In this document: positions 1 through 14,867 of the stretch, in pieces
Layout: the number at the start of each line of letters is the position of its first letter
Numbering within the stretch: the stretch's first letter is position 1
DNA from: Eledone cirrhosa
Lineage: Eukaryota
Direction: 5' to 3'
Assembly (NCBI GenBank): GCA_964016885.1
Contig: OZ024741.1
Location: 299,584,001 to 299,648,000 of the forward strand
DNA length: 64,000 bases
Position numbers and translations under genes: made by a program
The notes under the pieces: model-generated
The model's database searches: none
Told to the model about the DNA's origin: nothing
Seen by the model: the letters and a program-made list of their open reading frames with translations, nothing else

Positions 1-674
1 AGTAATTGTGGACAACAACATAAGCTGGGCCACTCATATAAACAGCAATATTGACATGGCCCGCAGAATGTGTTCCTGCTCGACCCCACTTTGAATACTG
101 CTGTTCACTATGCTCTCCCCACACGAAACAAATTATCATGAAAGTTGAAGCACCCCAACGTCAATTACAAAAAAGATAGATGGCATGACCGGCATTGACT
201 ATTGGAGTCGATTATAAAAGCTCAACCTTTATCCATCCAACCTCCCCGTGTGCGCTACATTATCTGCATGATATCGAAAATATTCCAACAGTTTTGCTCG
301 AATGCTGTTGGCATCACCTTTAATGTACACCCAAGGCTTTGGCCCCGTGCTATCCGCCCACAACAAAAATCTCACTCGCATCTCATAAGAACAATGCGGG
401 ACAATTATTTCAACTCAATTGGGCCCGCTCTCTTTAAAATTACGCCGAAACACATTAAAACAGACAAGTTCAAGAAGTGTTTGGAGAAATTCCTTCAAAA
501 AATACCGGATAGGCCTCCTACACCTGGATACCCCTCCGTCGTAAAAAATAATCCTCTACTTGAGTGGGCCATGGTGCCCAAATCCTGATTTGAAAGACTT
601 CACCAGGTAGTGGTATTAAGTTAGACATAGCCTGGGCCAATACTGGCCGAAACCTATCAAAGTTATCAAAGTTA
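1..674 (+). mobile_element. 3' fragment of CR1/L2-like LINE (degenerate copy of the family at 28651-31133)
   Basis: Colinear with 30387-31133. ORF 202-588 ends ...DRPPTPGY...LLEWAMVPKS like the 758-aa ORF. Shares the 3' UTR and TCAAAGTTA tail running into (TA)n. Confidence 0.9.
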
Positions 675-2454
675 TATCTATATATATATATTAGAAAGTG
701 AGATTTTCTTTACAAAATGAAAAATAACCGAAGTGTCCTACACGAGTGAAAGTATAAGGAAAAAAGTTGAAATGGAAAATGCAGGTGGAGTCTTATTTAA
801 AAAAAATATATATATATTTATTTGGAACCAAATAAATATATATATTTTAAAAAAAATAAGACTCCACTTGCATTTCCGATTTCATCTTTTTTCCTCATAT
901 ATATATATATATATATGTTTATATCTGTGTGTGTAAGTGTATGTGTATGTGTGTGTATGTATGTGTAGGTCAATGCGTATGCGTTTATGTGTGTGCATAG
1001 GTGCTTCCGTGTGGCTTGTAAGAATACGGTCATCCACGCATACAATGCTGAATCCAGAGATCTTTGAAAGTGGCCTAAATATATTAGGGAACCATGTGGT
1101 GCTACTCCTCACAATGAGTGACCTGTTTTAATAAACTGAATTAATAATGGATCCTACTGTTACTCCTAACGTGGAAGGGGGGAAGATAGTCAAATACGGG
1201 GCATTGAATAACTACTTCATTTTCGTGCCGGTCATCTGCTCCGAAAGCATTGTTTTTTTCTGCAAAATTGAGAGGAGATAATCTCGCCTGATAAAGGAAC
1301 ACGGGAAGTTATTTCTCTGTTATAACGCGAGACACTGGCTGGTCTCTGAAATATCGCCTTCAACAATTTGTCCATGTGAAGTAGCTGAGATATACCACCT
1401 AAACTGAGGTGTAGAATCTGCCGTATTCTTCCCATTCCCTTCACTAATTAAGATTGTTTTTTTTTCGTTTTCATTATTTTATAGTAAACATTATATAATC
1501 CCACTGAGATGAACTAACAATTTACTCTGAGTCTCTCTCACAATGTTACACACACATACACACCCATATATGCATACAACTTTGTTCACTCATTGTTTAT
1601 ATTCTTTCACTAGTTGCATTCATTGAACAGAACGTCACAATACGTTCCACATTTCAAAATATACACCCAACTTAGAAATCACTAAACGTTAGTGACACAT
1701 TATATATGATATAAAATGATAATTATATGCATTTTTCAGAAATATTAATTTCATGATATTAAATCATTGGTACGTTTGATATAACGCGGGAGCGTCAATA
1801 ATTTGAATTAACCTTATGGGATTAATATTCATTCTACCCGGTGAGACACTGGATGTTACAGCGTTGGCAAATGATCGGAGAAATTATAACAGACGATCCT
1901 ATAGTCCGATCAAATATTTGACAACCTCTCTAGTGTTGCTGTAATGAAAAGAACGTAAAGTAGTATTTGTGGTGCCATAAAATATCGCTCCCACTGCAGC
2001 CTGTAAAGTTTTTGAAGCTGGAAATTGTATCTAGCCGTAGAAACACCGACGGATATGGAACGTATGAGCAAGAAACAATCGCTTTGGCCAGTCTGATCGC
2101 AGAATGTGAGAATTCCTGCAAGCTATGCCACCGTGGAAAGCGAACGTAATATGATGTCAAGGATAACGGTGTTTTCCTCCAATCATACACAAACCTCTGG
2201 ACACAATGGACAATGTGATTTTTAAAAAACTACCAAACGGTATTGTCATGGAAGATAACTTTCCGATAATAGGTCTACTCAATACCACGTGACGTGGGAC
2301 TGAACAACTACAACTACAAGAATGCATTGCAAATATGAACAACATAGCAAACACGTAATGAAAAGAAACAAACATCAACATTCTATTGATTGAAGATATT
2401 TGTGGATAATTAAAAAAATTGAAATGCTATCGTCTCAAAGCAGTTGCCTATAAT

Positions 2455-3625
2455 AATAATTGTTTATTATTTAGGCACAAGGCCAGCAATTTGGGCGTGG
2501 GGTTGGTGGGTGGAAGTCGATGAAATTGATTCCAGTCCGTGACTGGTACTTTATTTTATCGACCCTGTAAGGATGAAAGGCAAAGTTAACCTCGGCGGGA
2601 TGTGAACTCACACCATAAAGGGCCGTAACTCTTTGCAGCAAAGAATCTTGTCAGACCCTCTACCGATACTGCCAATCCACCGCCCTATAATAATAATAAT
2701 TGTTTCTACTTTTGGCACAAGGCCAGCAATTAGCCAGTTCATTACTGGTACTTTATTTTATCGACCTGGTAAGGATGAAAGGCAAAGTAAACCTCAACGG
2801 GATTTGAACTCATAATAATAATACTGGCTTCTGTTGATCGCACAAGACCAACAATGTTTATAAGGTGGAAAGTCAAGTAAATTGATCTCAGTCGGTTACT
2901 GGTACGTTATTTATCGACCTCGTAAGGATGAAGGTCAAAGTTAACCCTGCCGGAATTTGAACGCAAAACGTAAAGGGCCATATCGCTATGCCACAAAGCC
3001 TGTTGTCGGACAATATTAATGATAATAATTGTTTCTACTTTTGGCACAAGGCCAGCAAATAACGAGTGCATTACTGGTACTTTATTTCATCGACCCTGTA
3101 AGGATGAAAGGCAAAGTTAAACTCGGCGGGATTTGAACTCAGAATGCCAAGGACCGTAACTCTATGCGTCAAAGCATGGCGTCCGACCGTCTACTGATAC
3201 TCCCAATCCACCGCCCTTATTAATGATAATAATTGTTTCTACTTTAGGCACAAGGCCAGCAATACCCAGTGAATTACTGGTACTTTATTTTATCGACCCC
3301 GTAAGGATGAAAGGCAAAGTTAACCTCGGCGGGATTTGAACTCAGAATGCCAAGGACCGTAACTTAATGCGTTAAAGCATGGCGTCCGACCCTCCACCGA
3401 TACTGCCAATCCACCGCCTTTTTATTAATGATAATAATGGTTTCTAATTTAGGCACATGCCGAGAAATTATGGGGTAGGGATAAGTCAATTAACTAGGCC
3501 ATATTTCATCGACCCCGTACGAATGAAAGTGAATTCTAAACTCGGTGTTATTTGAATTCAAAGCGTAAAAGAATGTAACTATTTACCACAAAGCATAATC
3601 TCCTATGGCGATCCACCGCTCTTAA
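2455..3625 (-). mobile_element. Tandem array of about 6 tRNA-derived SINE copies (Deu/Nin-domain-like)
   Basis: Repeated 120-235 bp units. The minus strand reads GAGTTCAAATCCCGCCGAGGTTAACTTTGCCTTTCATCCTTACGGGGTCGATAAAATAAAGTACCAGT (pol III B-box followed by a Deu/Nin-like core), with (ATT)n tails. Confidence 0.85.
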
Positions 3626-4180
3626 GATAATAATAATAATCGATTACTATAAATGCTAGTTTTAAAATTATTATTCATAGTAATCGACTATTATTATAAT
3701 AGCCAACTGCTTTCGAATGACTACATTTCCGATCAAGAAAATATTGATTACATGACATAACTCATTAATCTCAAGTCTAAGAAAATGGTAGGTTGATAAG
3801 CAATGTTATATTTTAAAGAATATATTTAATATCGGAAGAGCAATCGAATGTATTTTACAAGATATATCTAAACCTCTTTGAACTAAGATGATGTATGACA
3901 TTTTATTTTTTTTTTTCAAAGTTTGTTTTAACAAAAAGGAAATAGGTCATGCGCACACCAGTGAATTTCTTAAAACACAAACGATTTTAGAAACGCATAT
4001 AGGAGGAGGAGAAAAACGCAGCTGAAAGAAATTCTTTATAATATGCTTTCCTATAATCCGGTAAAACAAATAAATCACATTATACAGATACATACGTTCT
4101 TATAATCCACCCATTTTTGTATCTATCTATCTGTCTATATCTATAAACACACACTCACTCGCGCACACATATTCACACAT

Positions 4181-4261
<81 letters not shown>

Positions 4262-4392
4262 TATAAATATTATATATATATATATATGGGACCCGGCAGC
4301 TGAGCTCTTGCCGTTTCAAGAGCTAGATCCGAACTGCATCGCTAGTATTCGGGTGGAAGGAAAATACCTGGCGTCCTCATATAAAAATATAA

Positions 4393-4498
<106 letters not shown>

Positions 4499-4667
4499 AG
4501 TATATTTACCAACATATGCGTACAGATGTACACTAATGCTAGCAAATACATAAGTTATGTCATAGTACCTAGGAGGTTCAATGCAGGGGGATGCAGAACA
4601 ATTATATGAAAGACGTAAAATAAGAAAATTTTAAAAATTAAAAATTAACTTACTTACTAAAATTTTC

Positions 4668-4749
4668 ACTCCTACTAATTAGTTTCTGTAATTGGATAAA
4701 GATAGTTACGCAATGTAACCATCGAGAATTCATTACGTCATCAGGGAGT
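4668..4749 (-). ncRNA. Type I hammerhead ribozyme (intact core, GUA triplet)
   Basis: Minus strand: ACTCC-CTGATGA-CGTAAT...ATTACA-GAAA-CTAATTAG-TA-GGAGT. Stem I is ACTCC/GGAGT; stem III is the palindrome ACTAATTAGT. Confidence 0.85.
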
Positions 4750-5205
4750 CTATTCTCAGCTAAGTCTGCAAGCAATGCGCGGACACTAGGGACTCATATA
4801 AAAATAATAATTCGGTGGATGGAACAGCTAGTGGGGACTGAATTCCATAGCACTGAAAAAGTTCACTGTCTATGGTCAAGTGGCAGATTCTAAAGAATCA
4901 ATCACGTGACACTGAGGCAAGTCAGTAGGAGTGGGATGGTATTATGACAAGAGCCTACTTCCACTACAATGAGTTAGCAGTGGATTTGGCAAGTTTGCTC
5001 AACAAATAAATAATTTGGAGATAAATATAGAGAATTAGTATATTTACCAACATATGCGTACAGATGTACACTAATGCTAGCAAATACATAAGTCATGTCA
5101 TAGTACCTAGGTGGTTCAATGCAGGGGGATGCAGAACAATTATATGAAAGACGTAAAATAAGAACATTTAAAAAATTAAAAATTAACTTACTTACTAAAA
5201 TGTTC

Positions 5206-5287
5206 ACTCCAACTAATTAGTTTCTGTAATGGGATAAAGATAGTTACGCAATGTAACCATCGAGAATTCATTACGACATCAGGGAGT
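5206..5287 (-). ncRNA. Hammerhead ribozyme copy with mutated core (CTGATGT)
   Basis: Same fold as 4668-4749 but with A9>U and a GUU triplet. Confidence 0.7.
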
Positions 5288-5688
5288 CTATTCTCAGCTA
5301 AGTCTCCAGGCAATGCGCGGACACTAGGGACTCATATAAAAATAATAATTCGGTGGATGGAACAGCTGGAGGGGACTGAATTCCATAGCACTGAAAAAGT
5401 TCACTGTCTCTCGTCAAGTGGAAGATTCTATAGAATCAATCACGTGACACTGATCTACTGCTAACTCATTATAGTGGTAGTAGGCTCTTGTCATAATACC
5501 CTCCCACTCCTACTGACTAGCCTCAGTGTCACGTGATTGATTCTTTAGAATCTGCCACTTGACCAGAGACAGTGAACCTTTTCAGTGCTATGGAATTCAG
5601 TCCCCACTAGCTATTCCATCCATCGAATTATTATTTTTATATGAGTCCCTAGTGTCCGCGCATTGCCTGGAGACTTAGCTGAGAATAG

Positions 5689-5770
5689 ACTCCCTGATGA
5701 CGTAATGAATTCTCGGTGGTTACATTGCGTAACTATCTTTATCCCATTACAGAAACTAATTAGTTGGAGT
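5689..5770 (+). ncRNA. Type I hammerhead ribozyme (intact core, GUU triplet)
   Basis: ACTCC-CTGATGA(5694)-CGTAATG...CATTACA-GAAA(5752)-CTAATTAG-TT-GGAGT. Confidence 0.85.
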
Positions 5771-8149
5771 GAACATTTTAGTAAGTAAGTTAATTTTTAA
5801 TTTTTAAAATTTTCTTATTTTACGTCTTTCATATATATATATATATCTATATATATATATAAATATGTATGTATACATAAGAATCAATCTATCTAACTAT
5901 AAATCTACCTGTTTACTTATAACAGTATCGGGGATATGGAGATAAAGGAGGCAATCTTCACCAAACAATACAAATATTCCCTTAAATGACAATATGTTTG
6001 GGGCGAAGCAACGTATCTAATCTATCCAATGGCCCAAATATGAATTAGGCCTTAACCATCACCAGATCTCAAGCGAACATGGTCTCTAACGCCAGACAAC
6101 GTAAAATATATCTCCACTATCTCTGTGATCAATAATCCTAGTCTGCACTAGTCCATGTAACAAACATATATGGACAATTTTCATCGCTCATTAAACCCTA
6201 TATCTCAAATACACATTCCGATCCTCACGCACATCCGTTCGCTAAACAAGTTGAACTGCTTCCTGAAGTTCGGCAACATAGATATAATTACATCATAGCT
6301 AGATATTTCTCAGTCAACATTATACACCATATCCGATCTTCACAAATAATACAAATATGTTATATCTGGATCGTGTTATGGAAAACTTTTTTGCAATTTC
6401 AAATGAAAGAAGAAGTGACTATTCTTATTTATTGTCAGTGTAGTTTCCTATCACTCAATAATATAGAGCAGCCGCTACAACAACAAGCAGTCGTCCAACC
6501 AGAGGCCAACATGACTAAAAGGAATACATCTTCGATTCCCTGGAAGATGACCAACTAGAAACTGCGACAAACTACGACAAAGCAAAATGATTAAGGACGG
6601 TAGTCTTCGTTTTGAAGTACAGCGTTACCTCAGTACATATCTCATTTTCATGAGAGCTTACGAGTAGAAAAGTGGTAGAAACAGTAGAATGACCAGCTAA
6701 ATGACGTGCTTTCTTTTATATTTTGAGTTCAAATCCTGCTGTATTCATACATACAATGTAATGCATTAAAACAAATAATTCTTTAACTTACATATTTGTG
6801 GCCTTCTGGTAATCTATGAAATCTGAATTAATAATATTATATCTTAAAAATCCCTGTCAAAAAGAATAATAACAATAAACTAGGCCTTAAATCTGATACA
6901 ATGTGGGATCAGTGATGTTAGACATAATTATTTGTTGTAAGAAAACTCTAATAACACATCTATTTTATTGTTAGGTGTTATTTCGTGTCTCAATATTAAC
7001 ATATTACGCGATATAGAAGCTTCATGTATCGTATTTTCTCTATGCATATAGTGACTGGTAGTCAATTTATATCTATTGATCAAGTATTACCAAGCATAAG
7101 TTGATTTCCATAATAGTTGCTACAAGGCTGGAATCAAATTCTAGAAATTCTATTCCTCTCACAATGTAAAGACGATAGATACTAAATATGTATTGACATG
7201 ATGAATGCTTACCGAAATACAGGTTAATTAAAAGTTCTGATTAATGTAATAGCATGCCTTTACCATCTAGTCTGTTCTTAATTTAACACAGCCTAATTAT
7301 TCTTATTGGTTAAATTGTGAAGCCCTAATGTTGGATGGAGAAATTACAACATAATAGCCTGGACATTTTAATGTGAAGTCCCGTAAATACTCTCCCAGGG
7401 TCAAATATGTAGTACCATTTGCAGCCCATCTAGGTATAATATCTAATACATAATTCCATAATTTTCCTTCAAAATAATCTAATGATATAAAAGATTTAAA
7501 TCCTCTAATAGCGTATATATTTTCTCCGATAAAACGAAGAAAATCTATCCAGCCGTTAAAGATGGTTACAATCAGCTAATCCTCTAACATCATTAATACG
7601 TATCACAAAAAATATGGTAGATTCCTATAACTACATAAATGATGAGGCTACGTCTATTGCCTGAACGTTATAAAATAAACATGTGGATAGAATACCTACT
7701 CTAACGTGACACCTCTATTTCTCTGATGAGGAGCAAGGCTGAATTCACCAACAAACCCAGCTATAGATTACAGCACCACATCAGAACTAAATTAGGATGA
7801 GCTAGTTAGAAAGTATTAAAAGGTATATATATATGTGATATATATGTACACAGTAGAGAACACATTAACCTCTTACAACTGATCATGACATAAATCTTAT
7901 AGTTGATCAGTGATATTGCCTATTTTGGCATTGTGGAGTTTATCCTTCAATTTCTGAACCACCATTAGTGACAGATTTAGAATAGCTCCGTTGGTTCAGT
8001 ATTATCAGGGATCTTGAAATCCATGCCACGATGCACGCCTTCTATGTGGGTAAAGAAATCCTAAACAGAACATCAATTTCTTGTCTTTGGGTATCATAAG
8101 ACAACACTGATGCATGACTTGGTTGGATTAATATTCTTGATATACTAAA

Positions 8150-8700
8150 GAATAATTTTTCCAACTACGGACTTGCGTTATTGAAGACATCCAATGGTTA
8201 AACCTTAGACAAGAGAGGTAAATAATGTTAGCAACCTTCTATAAAGCAGAGCGAAATATCACAATGGTCACTAACCTCATTAATGCTAGTTTCTTAGATG
8301 TAATACTCGATCTAACTATATGTTCTTAAATTTCCTTCCATAAGCAAAATGAAAATACGATTAAATTGGTCTGTGTCCTATTCCCATCTTCTAAGAACTT
8401 AATCTCTAACACAAGCCACAGGAAATCAAATATATACTCCTTTAAGAAAGTATTTGAAATAGGGATCCCCTAATATAACAAGGGCTTCCTAGAAGGCGGC
8501 TTGGAGCATAAGATATACTATATAACAAATACTCCCTCACGAAATATATATACGTATAGACATAGGCAACCTATCTGCTTCACACTCATTTTCTTTGTAA
8601 TTGAATAAGAATAACACAAGCAAACAATTCCTAGAATTAATATATTTACATTTCATCCCTTGCACACAGTACCATGGTAAATCTGTAAGAATTACATTAA
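8150..8700 (+). pseudogene. Highly decayed Penelope-like RT fragment
   Basis: Residual motifs ASFLDVILDL and FHKQNEN correspond to FLDVTLDL...PYHKPNE in the better-preserved copies. Many stops and frameshifts. Confidence 0.55.
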
Positions 8701-10755
8701 GGACACACGTGTCTGTTCTTAATTACTTAGACGTTGAATTAATTAACGGATTGTTCTGCTCATCGAAAAGCTGGATGAAGCATCGTCGAAACCGACTGAT
8801 TTCCGAAATATACATTGGTTACATTATGGTCTTAACCACCAGAACTCCAACCATAATGATAAGAATGAATAAAATGGCGATGATAAAGATCATTATAACA
8901 CTGATCATAGTCATCTCACTCCCACGCCTTTGGTGTAACTTCCATTAAAATTACGGGTTATAAAACATGAAATTTTATCAGAGTTTTATCGAACTCCAGT
9001 CGGGATTTACTGTCGTGTTAGTATCTAACCTGGCGTTTAGCCTGGTCTTCACTTTGGCAATCTGACTAAAATCGAGAATAATATGATCAATAAATATGTG
9101 ATCATAATGATGGCTGCTTTTATGTGGCTAGGAAGTTGTGAAACATAGTCGAGCAATATTGTTGTGAATTTAAACAACACAATTCTAAAGACTGGGAATG
9201 GTAATGAAGGGGAGTAGACAATTACAAGTGGATAAAAAGGCGGATACAATGTCATTTTATGATGGTAGGAAATGGAAAATAAATCTAATTAATTACATCT
9301 GTATTGGATGACCGAAATTTAAAATGGTGAATTTGAAATCACTTAGCGTTTAGATTTCTGTATATAAATGCAACTCATTTCATGAAGAACAAGGACATAA
9401 GACGTTAACTTAATTGTGTAGATAAATATCACCATAAAACTGTATTAGCATACGATTCATTACAATATTTAAAATACTCTTAGCTATTTAAGAAATTTGT
9501 TTCGGTGAGTAAATCTCGAATTTGATTTCGTTTGAATTGTTGAAATTATATATTCTATTTATGATATCCGTGGTCATGTAACAGAACGTTTGACAAGTGT
9601 AAACCATACAACGCCCCTCTGTTACTTAAGGCAATTACTTAAATGAAAAAAATATATATATAACGTTAGTATGGTTTATCATACGTTTATTGGAATTTCA
9701 ATGTGGGTTTCTAAAGTAAATTCTCTACATCGAAATACGATATTATGACACATCATTCAGGAATAAATTATTAGATCATATAATACAAAGAAACGTAATA
9801 CCATATTTTACAGCAGAAACAATATCGGTATATAGAAGCAAAGAAAGTGATAAAACTGGTAGAACTCTGAACATTACAATAAATTTGAATTAATTGTTAT
9901 AGATAGTTACAGTACATTCTTCAGTTTTGTTAGGCATATTATGAGTGCAACATTTAAAAAATTATTTCACAACACCCTCTTCTTTTACAACCTTCCCTGA
10001 ACGTTTTATTCAACCACTCACTTGTGTAATAGTAGGTATTTTACGTGTTCCTTGGATACTTTTCTTGGATACTGAATATTCTAGGTTTCTTTTGTCTAAA
10101 ACCCTTGTATTTAAAAAATTACTTGTTCATGCCACTATCACATTATCCTACACCTATTCAATTTTATACAAAATGAAATGTCTTTACCTTCTCTATTCAT
10201 AAGTAGAAAACACATGTTTTGAAATTGCCGCCATCCACTCGTAAATAGAAATAATATAATTATTTCAATCAAACTAATCACCTTATATGATTCACAAGAC
10301 ACGACACAGCGAAACATAAGGTCATCTTTGAGAAATGAATAACGTATGTGAATAAATGTCCTCTTAAGTTATAATCACTGACATTGATTATGTTTGTACT
10401 AGTGTCAATTTATTGCAAATAAACATAGATAGTACCAGATAACATTAAAGAGAGGGTTCTACATTGAAAGAAACATTACTTTCAATGATCATCTACACCA
10501 TTGTGCTTTTAGCCCTCTGCGTTTGAGAGCTACATATGAAGCAAAATAAATGATGGTATATATATATATATATAACAGAACCACCTGCCTCTTTGAGGTC
10601 AAATACCTACACTATTACGATCTACAAACTCACCAATGAGAATGAAGACTATTCCTGCTGACAGCAATAAATTATTCCTAACAAGCTCATATGTCCCAAG
10701 GCTCTGATACCATCAACACTATAAACACAGAGCTGGCATATCTAAGAACTGACTA

Positions 10756-10811
10756 ACTGCCTGATGAGGTCGTAGACATTCAATGGCTATCATCGAAATA
10801 TATATAGCAGT
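10756..10811 (+). ncRNA. Type I hammerhead ribozyme in a ~285 bp unit (10573-10857) between (TA)n tracts
   Basis: ACTGC-CTGATGA(10761)-imperfect stem II-GAAA(10795)-TATATA-TA-GCAGT. Confidence 0.75.
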
Positions 10812-10878
10812 AAATAAAGGATTATGAGTTCATGCAATTGACTTATGTTTCGTCACTATATATATATATATATACATG

Positions 10879-11065
<187 letters not shown>

Positions 11066-11825
11066 GCAATGACTATGATACTTTATAACTGCTGCTTCTT
11101 TTATATCTCCAGACAGGTGATATCTACAGATGTTAGTCTATTCTGTCTGGTCTTTGAACCTCTATAAAATCATTTCCTTGTTTGATGTTTCAATATGGTT
11201 TCCTATATGAGAACATCATGTGGAAAGGCAATTATTTCATGTTATCAAAGAAAGCTAAAAATGTGTGTATATACATACAGGATCATACCGATGTAAGGGT
11301 GAAAAGTCCAAGCCAACTTTTTAGAGATTATGCAGAAATCGACTAATAAAAATCTGAAACTCGTACAAAATAGAGAGTGTTGTCGTCAAGTGTTAAGGAA
11401 AAATGTGCTTAATGTGCAGAAGGATGGGAAATATCTATTCATGACAAACAAACGCCCTGATCGACATTAGGAAAAGCTTAAAAGAGAAAAAAATCACATA
11501 AAATAATGTTGCAGTAACTTTTATTGATTTCAGAAGAAACCTTTTGTTATGTAGTTGCTTTGAAAAATTATTCAAGTCAAGAACCATCCTGGTATTACAA
11601 GTGTGCTAAACTGAATAATATTATGAGCTAGGTCTACTGTATTTATAACAGCAAGTACAAAAATAATTGCTGCAAATGACACAAAGAGAACAGCAGAATC
11701 AACATCTAACGATAACAAAAGACCCAGCTGCTACTGCAAAACAAAATAATAGTAATAACCAAAAGTGATAACGATGATGATGATGATAACAAGAACAACA
11801 ACGACAACAACACCACCAACAAAAA

Positions 11826-11826
11826 C

Positions 11827-11900
<74 letters not shown>

Positions 11901-11921
11901 TAACAATAATAATAATAATAA
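11826..11921 (+). repeat. (TAA)n microsatellite, likely target site of the Dong-like LINE
   Basis: AAT repeats directly abut the 5' end of the element. Confidence 0.9.
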
Positions 11922-14867
11922 ATCCTCGATAAGAGTGTTTCAATGTCGAACTTAACAGGTCGAATAACGGTGAAGTGGAGACTGGAATGTCATGTGACAG
12001 ACTCTCACCCAGCAGGTGCTCCCTGGTTCAGCAGCAGGGACCTGGCTGTCAACCAAATACTGCTGGTGTCGGAGGAAGAAGAAGGAAAGGGACCAGAACC
12101 AACTGTACGAAAGAATTGAATAGAACTGTTATGCAATGTTACCTGAAGAGTAACCCCAAGGAAAAAGGCTATAGGAAACGGATGCATAACATCTGGAATG
12201 AGATTCGTCTATTTAAATTAGATGTACAAAAATTGGCCGGGCAGGCTCGGGTAATAAGAACTAATGGGTGGATAAGCGAGCTGGAACTGGAGGAACTGAG
12301 CAGAGAGATTAGGTTGGAAATGGAGAGTGGAGTATGTCAGGCAAATGAGCCAGTGGGAAATGGAGGTGAAGAGGTTGAGAGAACGGAGAAACAATCCGAA
12401 GCAGACAATGAACTGAATGCTGAAATAAATAATACCTGGAACAAAGATACGGCCATTGAGGAGATGAATGCTGACGGGCTAGGACAAGATTTGGTTGATA
12501 TCCTAAACTTAGTGGTCGATGAAATGAACAAAGATATTGGGAAACCTATGAACCTAAGATTTGTAGACAGGAAAAATGTAAAAGAAACAACAGCTAAGGT
12601 AAACAAAGTCATCCCATACCTTGAGGCGAGGAGCCTTCACCAGTGCAACAATATCCTCAAAGCAACAGCAAATGCGGCGAGGAAATTACTTGGCATAAAA
12701 GCGAGAGGAAACAACAAACAAGAAAGATCAGAACCTTGGTGGAAGAAACGACGGAAATGAGAAATGACATTGGAAAGCTTGAGTCTCTACTGAATGGGAC
12801 ACTAAAAAACATAGACACTAAAAATAGACTGGAAATAAAGTACAAAACTAGAAGGAAAGGCTAAATATTATCATAGAGGAACTGAAGCAACGCATCGTAG
12901 CAAAGAGTGCAACAATTAGGCGATACGAGAGCAGAGTCAGTCAGTATAGACAGAACCGCATGTTTGACAACAAACAGAAGATGTTGTTTGGACAGCTTGA
13001 AGGGAAGGAAAGAGGCAACGACTTGATCCTTGAGGCGAAACAAACTAAGACATTCTGGAGAGGAATATGGGAGCAGGATGTTAAACATAATGACCAGGCA
13101 GTGTGGATTGAGACAGTACAAAATGAGATTAGTGAAGAGGCACACCAACAAACTAATTTGAGTATCACAGTTGAAACTCTCAAGGGTCAGGCCAAAAAAC
13201 TAACCAACTGGAAATCACCAGGCCCAGATGGTGTGCATGGGTATTGGATTAAAAATGTAACATCCCTCCACCCGAAACTGACAACCATGTTCAATGACTA
13301 CTTGATGTCAGGTGAGGTAGCAGAGAGGTTGACAAAAGGTACCACAGTTCTGATAATGAAAGACCGAATCAAGGGTAATGATGTTACCAACTATAGACCT
13401 ATCACATGTCTGTCCGTAATGTGGGAACTGTTGACAAGCATTGTGTCTAAGGAAATCTACCATCATCTTCACACAAACAACTTGTTACCGGACGAACAGA
13501 AAGGATGCCGAAAGAAGTCCCGTGGTACAAAGGACCAGTTACTTATTGATAAGATGGTAATGAGGAATTGCAAGAGGAGACACACTGGTCTTGCCATGGG
13601 ATGGATAGAATACAAAAAGGCATTTGACATGGTGTCTCATTCTTGGATCACCAAAAGCCTAGAGATCTTCAAGGTGGCATATAACATCAGACAGTTGTTG
13701 AGCAAAGGTATGAAGTCCTGGAAAACAGAGTTAACATCAGCTGGAGACTCCTTGGGAGGCGTGTCCCCTCTGCTGTTTGTCCTTGGAGTGATGCCCCTGG
13801 CCATTATACTGCGAAAAGTGAGAGCAAGATACAATTTGGGAAAGGGAGAGCTTACCATCAATCACCCCCTCTTCATGGACGATCTTAAGCTCTTCGGGAA
13901 GAGTGAGAAGGAGTTGGATGTGCTTGTTGAAACTGTCCGTATTTTCAGCAATGATATATGTATGCAATTTGATAATAGTAAGTGTGGAGTCCTTGTGAGC
14001 AGAAGCAACGGAATCCAGGTACCAACAGGTGAGATGATAAAGGAAATTGACACTGAAGAAGGATACACGTATTTGGGTATTCTGGAGGCTGATGACATCA
14101 AGAACAAAAAAATGAAGGAATTGATGAGATCTGAATACATTCGGAGAATAAGGAGCGTATTAAAGTCACATCTGAACAGTAGGAATGCCATAAGTGCAGT
14201 AAATTCCCGAGCTGTGTCTATTATTGGGTACAGTGCGGGAATTCTGAGATGGAATGTTGCTGAACAAAAAGAAATGGATAGGAAGACTCTACTTAAGGAG
14301 ATCTGAAGGTGGAAGAGGTCTTATCAGCATAGACGACTGTGTTCAGATGGAGAAAGACAACCTACACAAATACGCGATCGATAGTAAGGAGCCAATGCTC
14401 AGAATTGTACTGAAGGAGAGGACAATAGACCAGGGGATGTCTAAGGAGGAAATAACAACGAGGAGAAAGAGCAACCTTCATGAAAAATCCCTTCATAGTA
14501 CCTTCTTCGAGAAAACGGAATTCGAAGATCCACAGACATGGAACTGGTTCAGAAGAGGAGACCTTAAAAAGGCTACCGAAGGAATTCTAATGGCTGCGCA
14601 AGAGTAGGCCATCAAAACGAAGTGGATGAAACACTATATTTACAAGGAGGAAGCTAGCCCACTGTGCAGGATCTGTGGAGAGAGAGAGGAGACTGTGGCT
14701 CACATTGTATCCGAGTGTAAACACCTAGCCCAGACTCACTATAAAGGCTGGAGACATGATGTGATGGGCAGGGTGGTCCACTGGCACCTATGCAAAGTAA
14801 ACAATTTACCACATTCTGAGAAGTGGTATGAGCATAAGCCAGAGTCGGTGATAGAAAACGATCAGGT
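11922..14867 (+). mobile_element. R4/Dong-like non-LTR retrotransposon (RLE clade), frameshifted and 3'-truncated
   Basis: N-terminal GYRKRMHNIW and EPWWKKR. RT motifs WKSPGPDG, YRPITCL, AFDMV, LFMDDLK. CCHC knuckle CRICGEREETVAHIVSEC and RHD. Sequence stops before the PD-D endonuclease core. Confidence 0.9.
12960..14306 (+). pseudogene. Reverse transcriptase domain of the Dong-like LINE
   Basis: 448-aa ORF with RT motifs. An internal deletion removes the GIFQGD motif (reads GDSLGGV|SPLL). Confidence 0.85.

Noticed and set aside
7715-7770. CTGATGA possible hammerhead
   Set aside because: No GAAA box or stems at suitable spacing.
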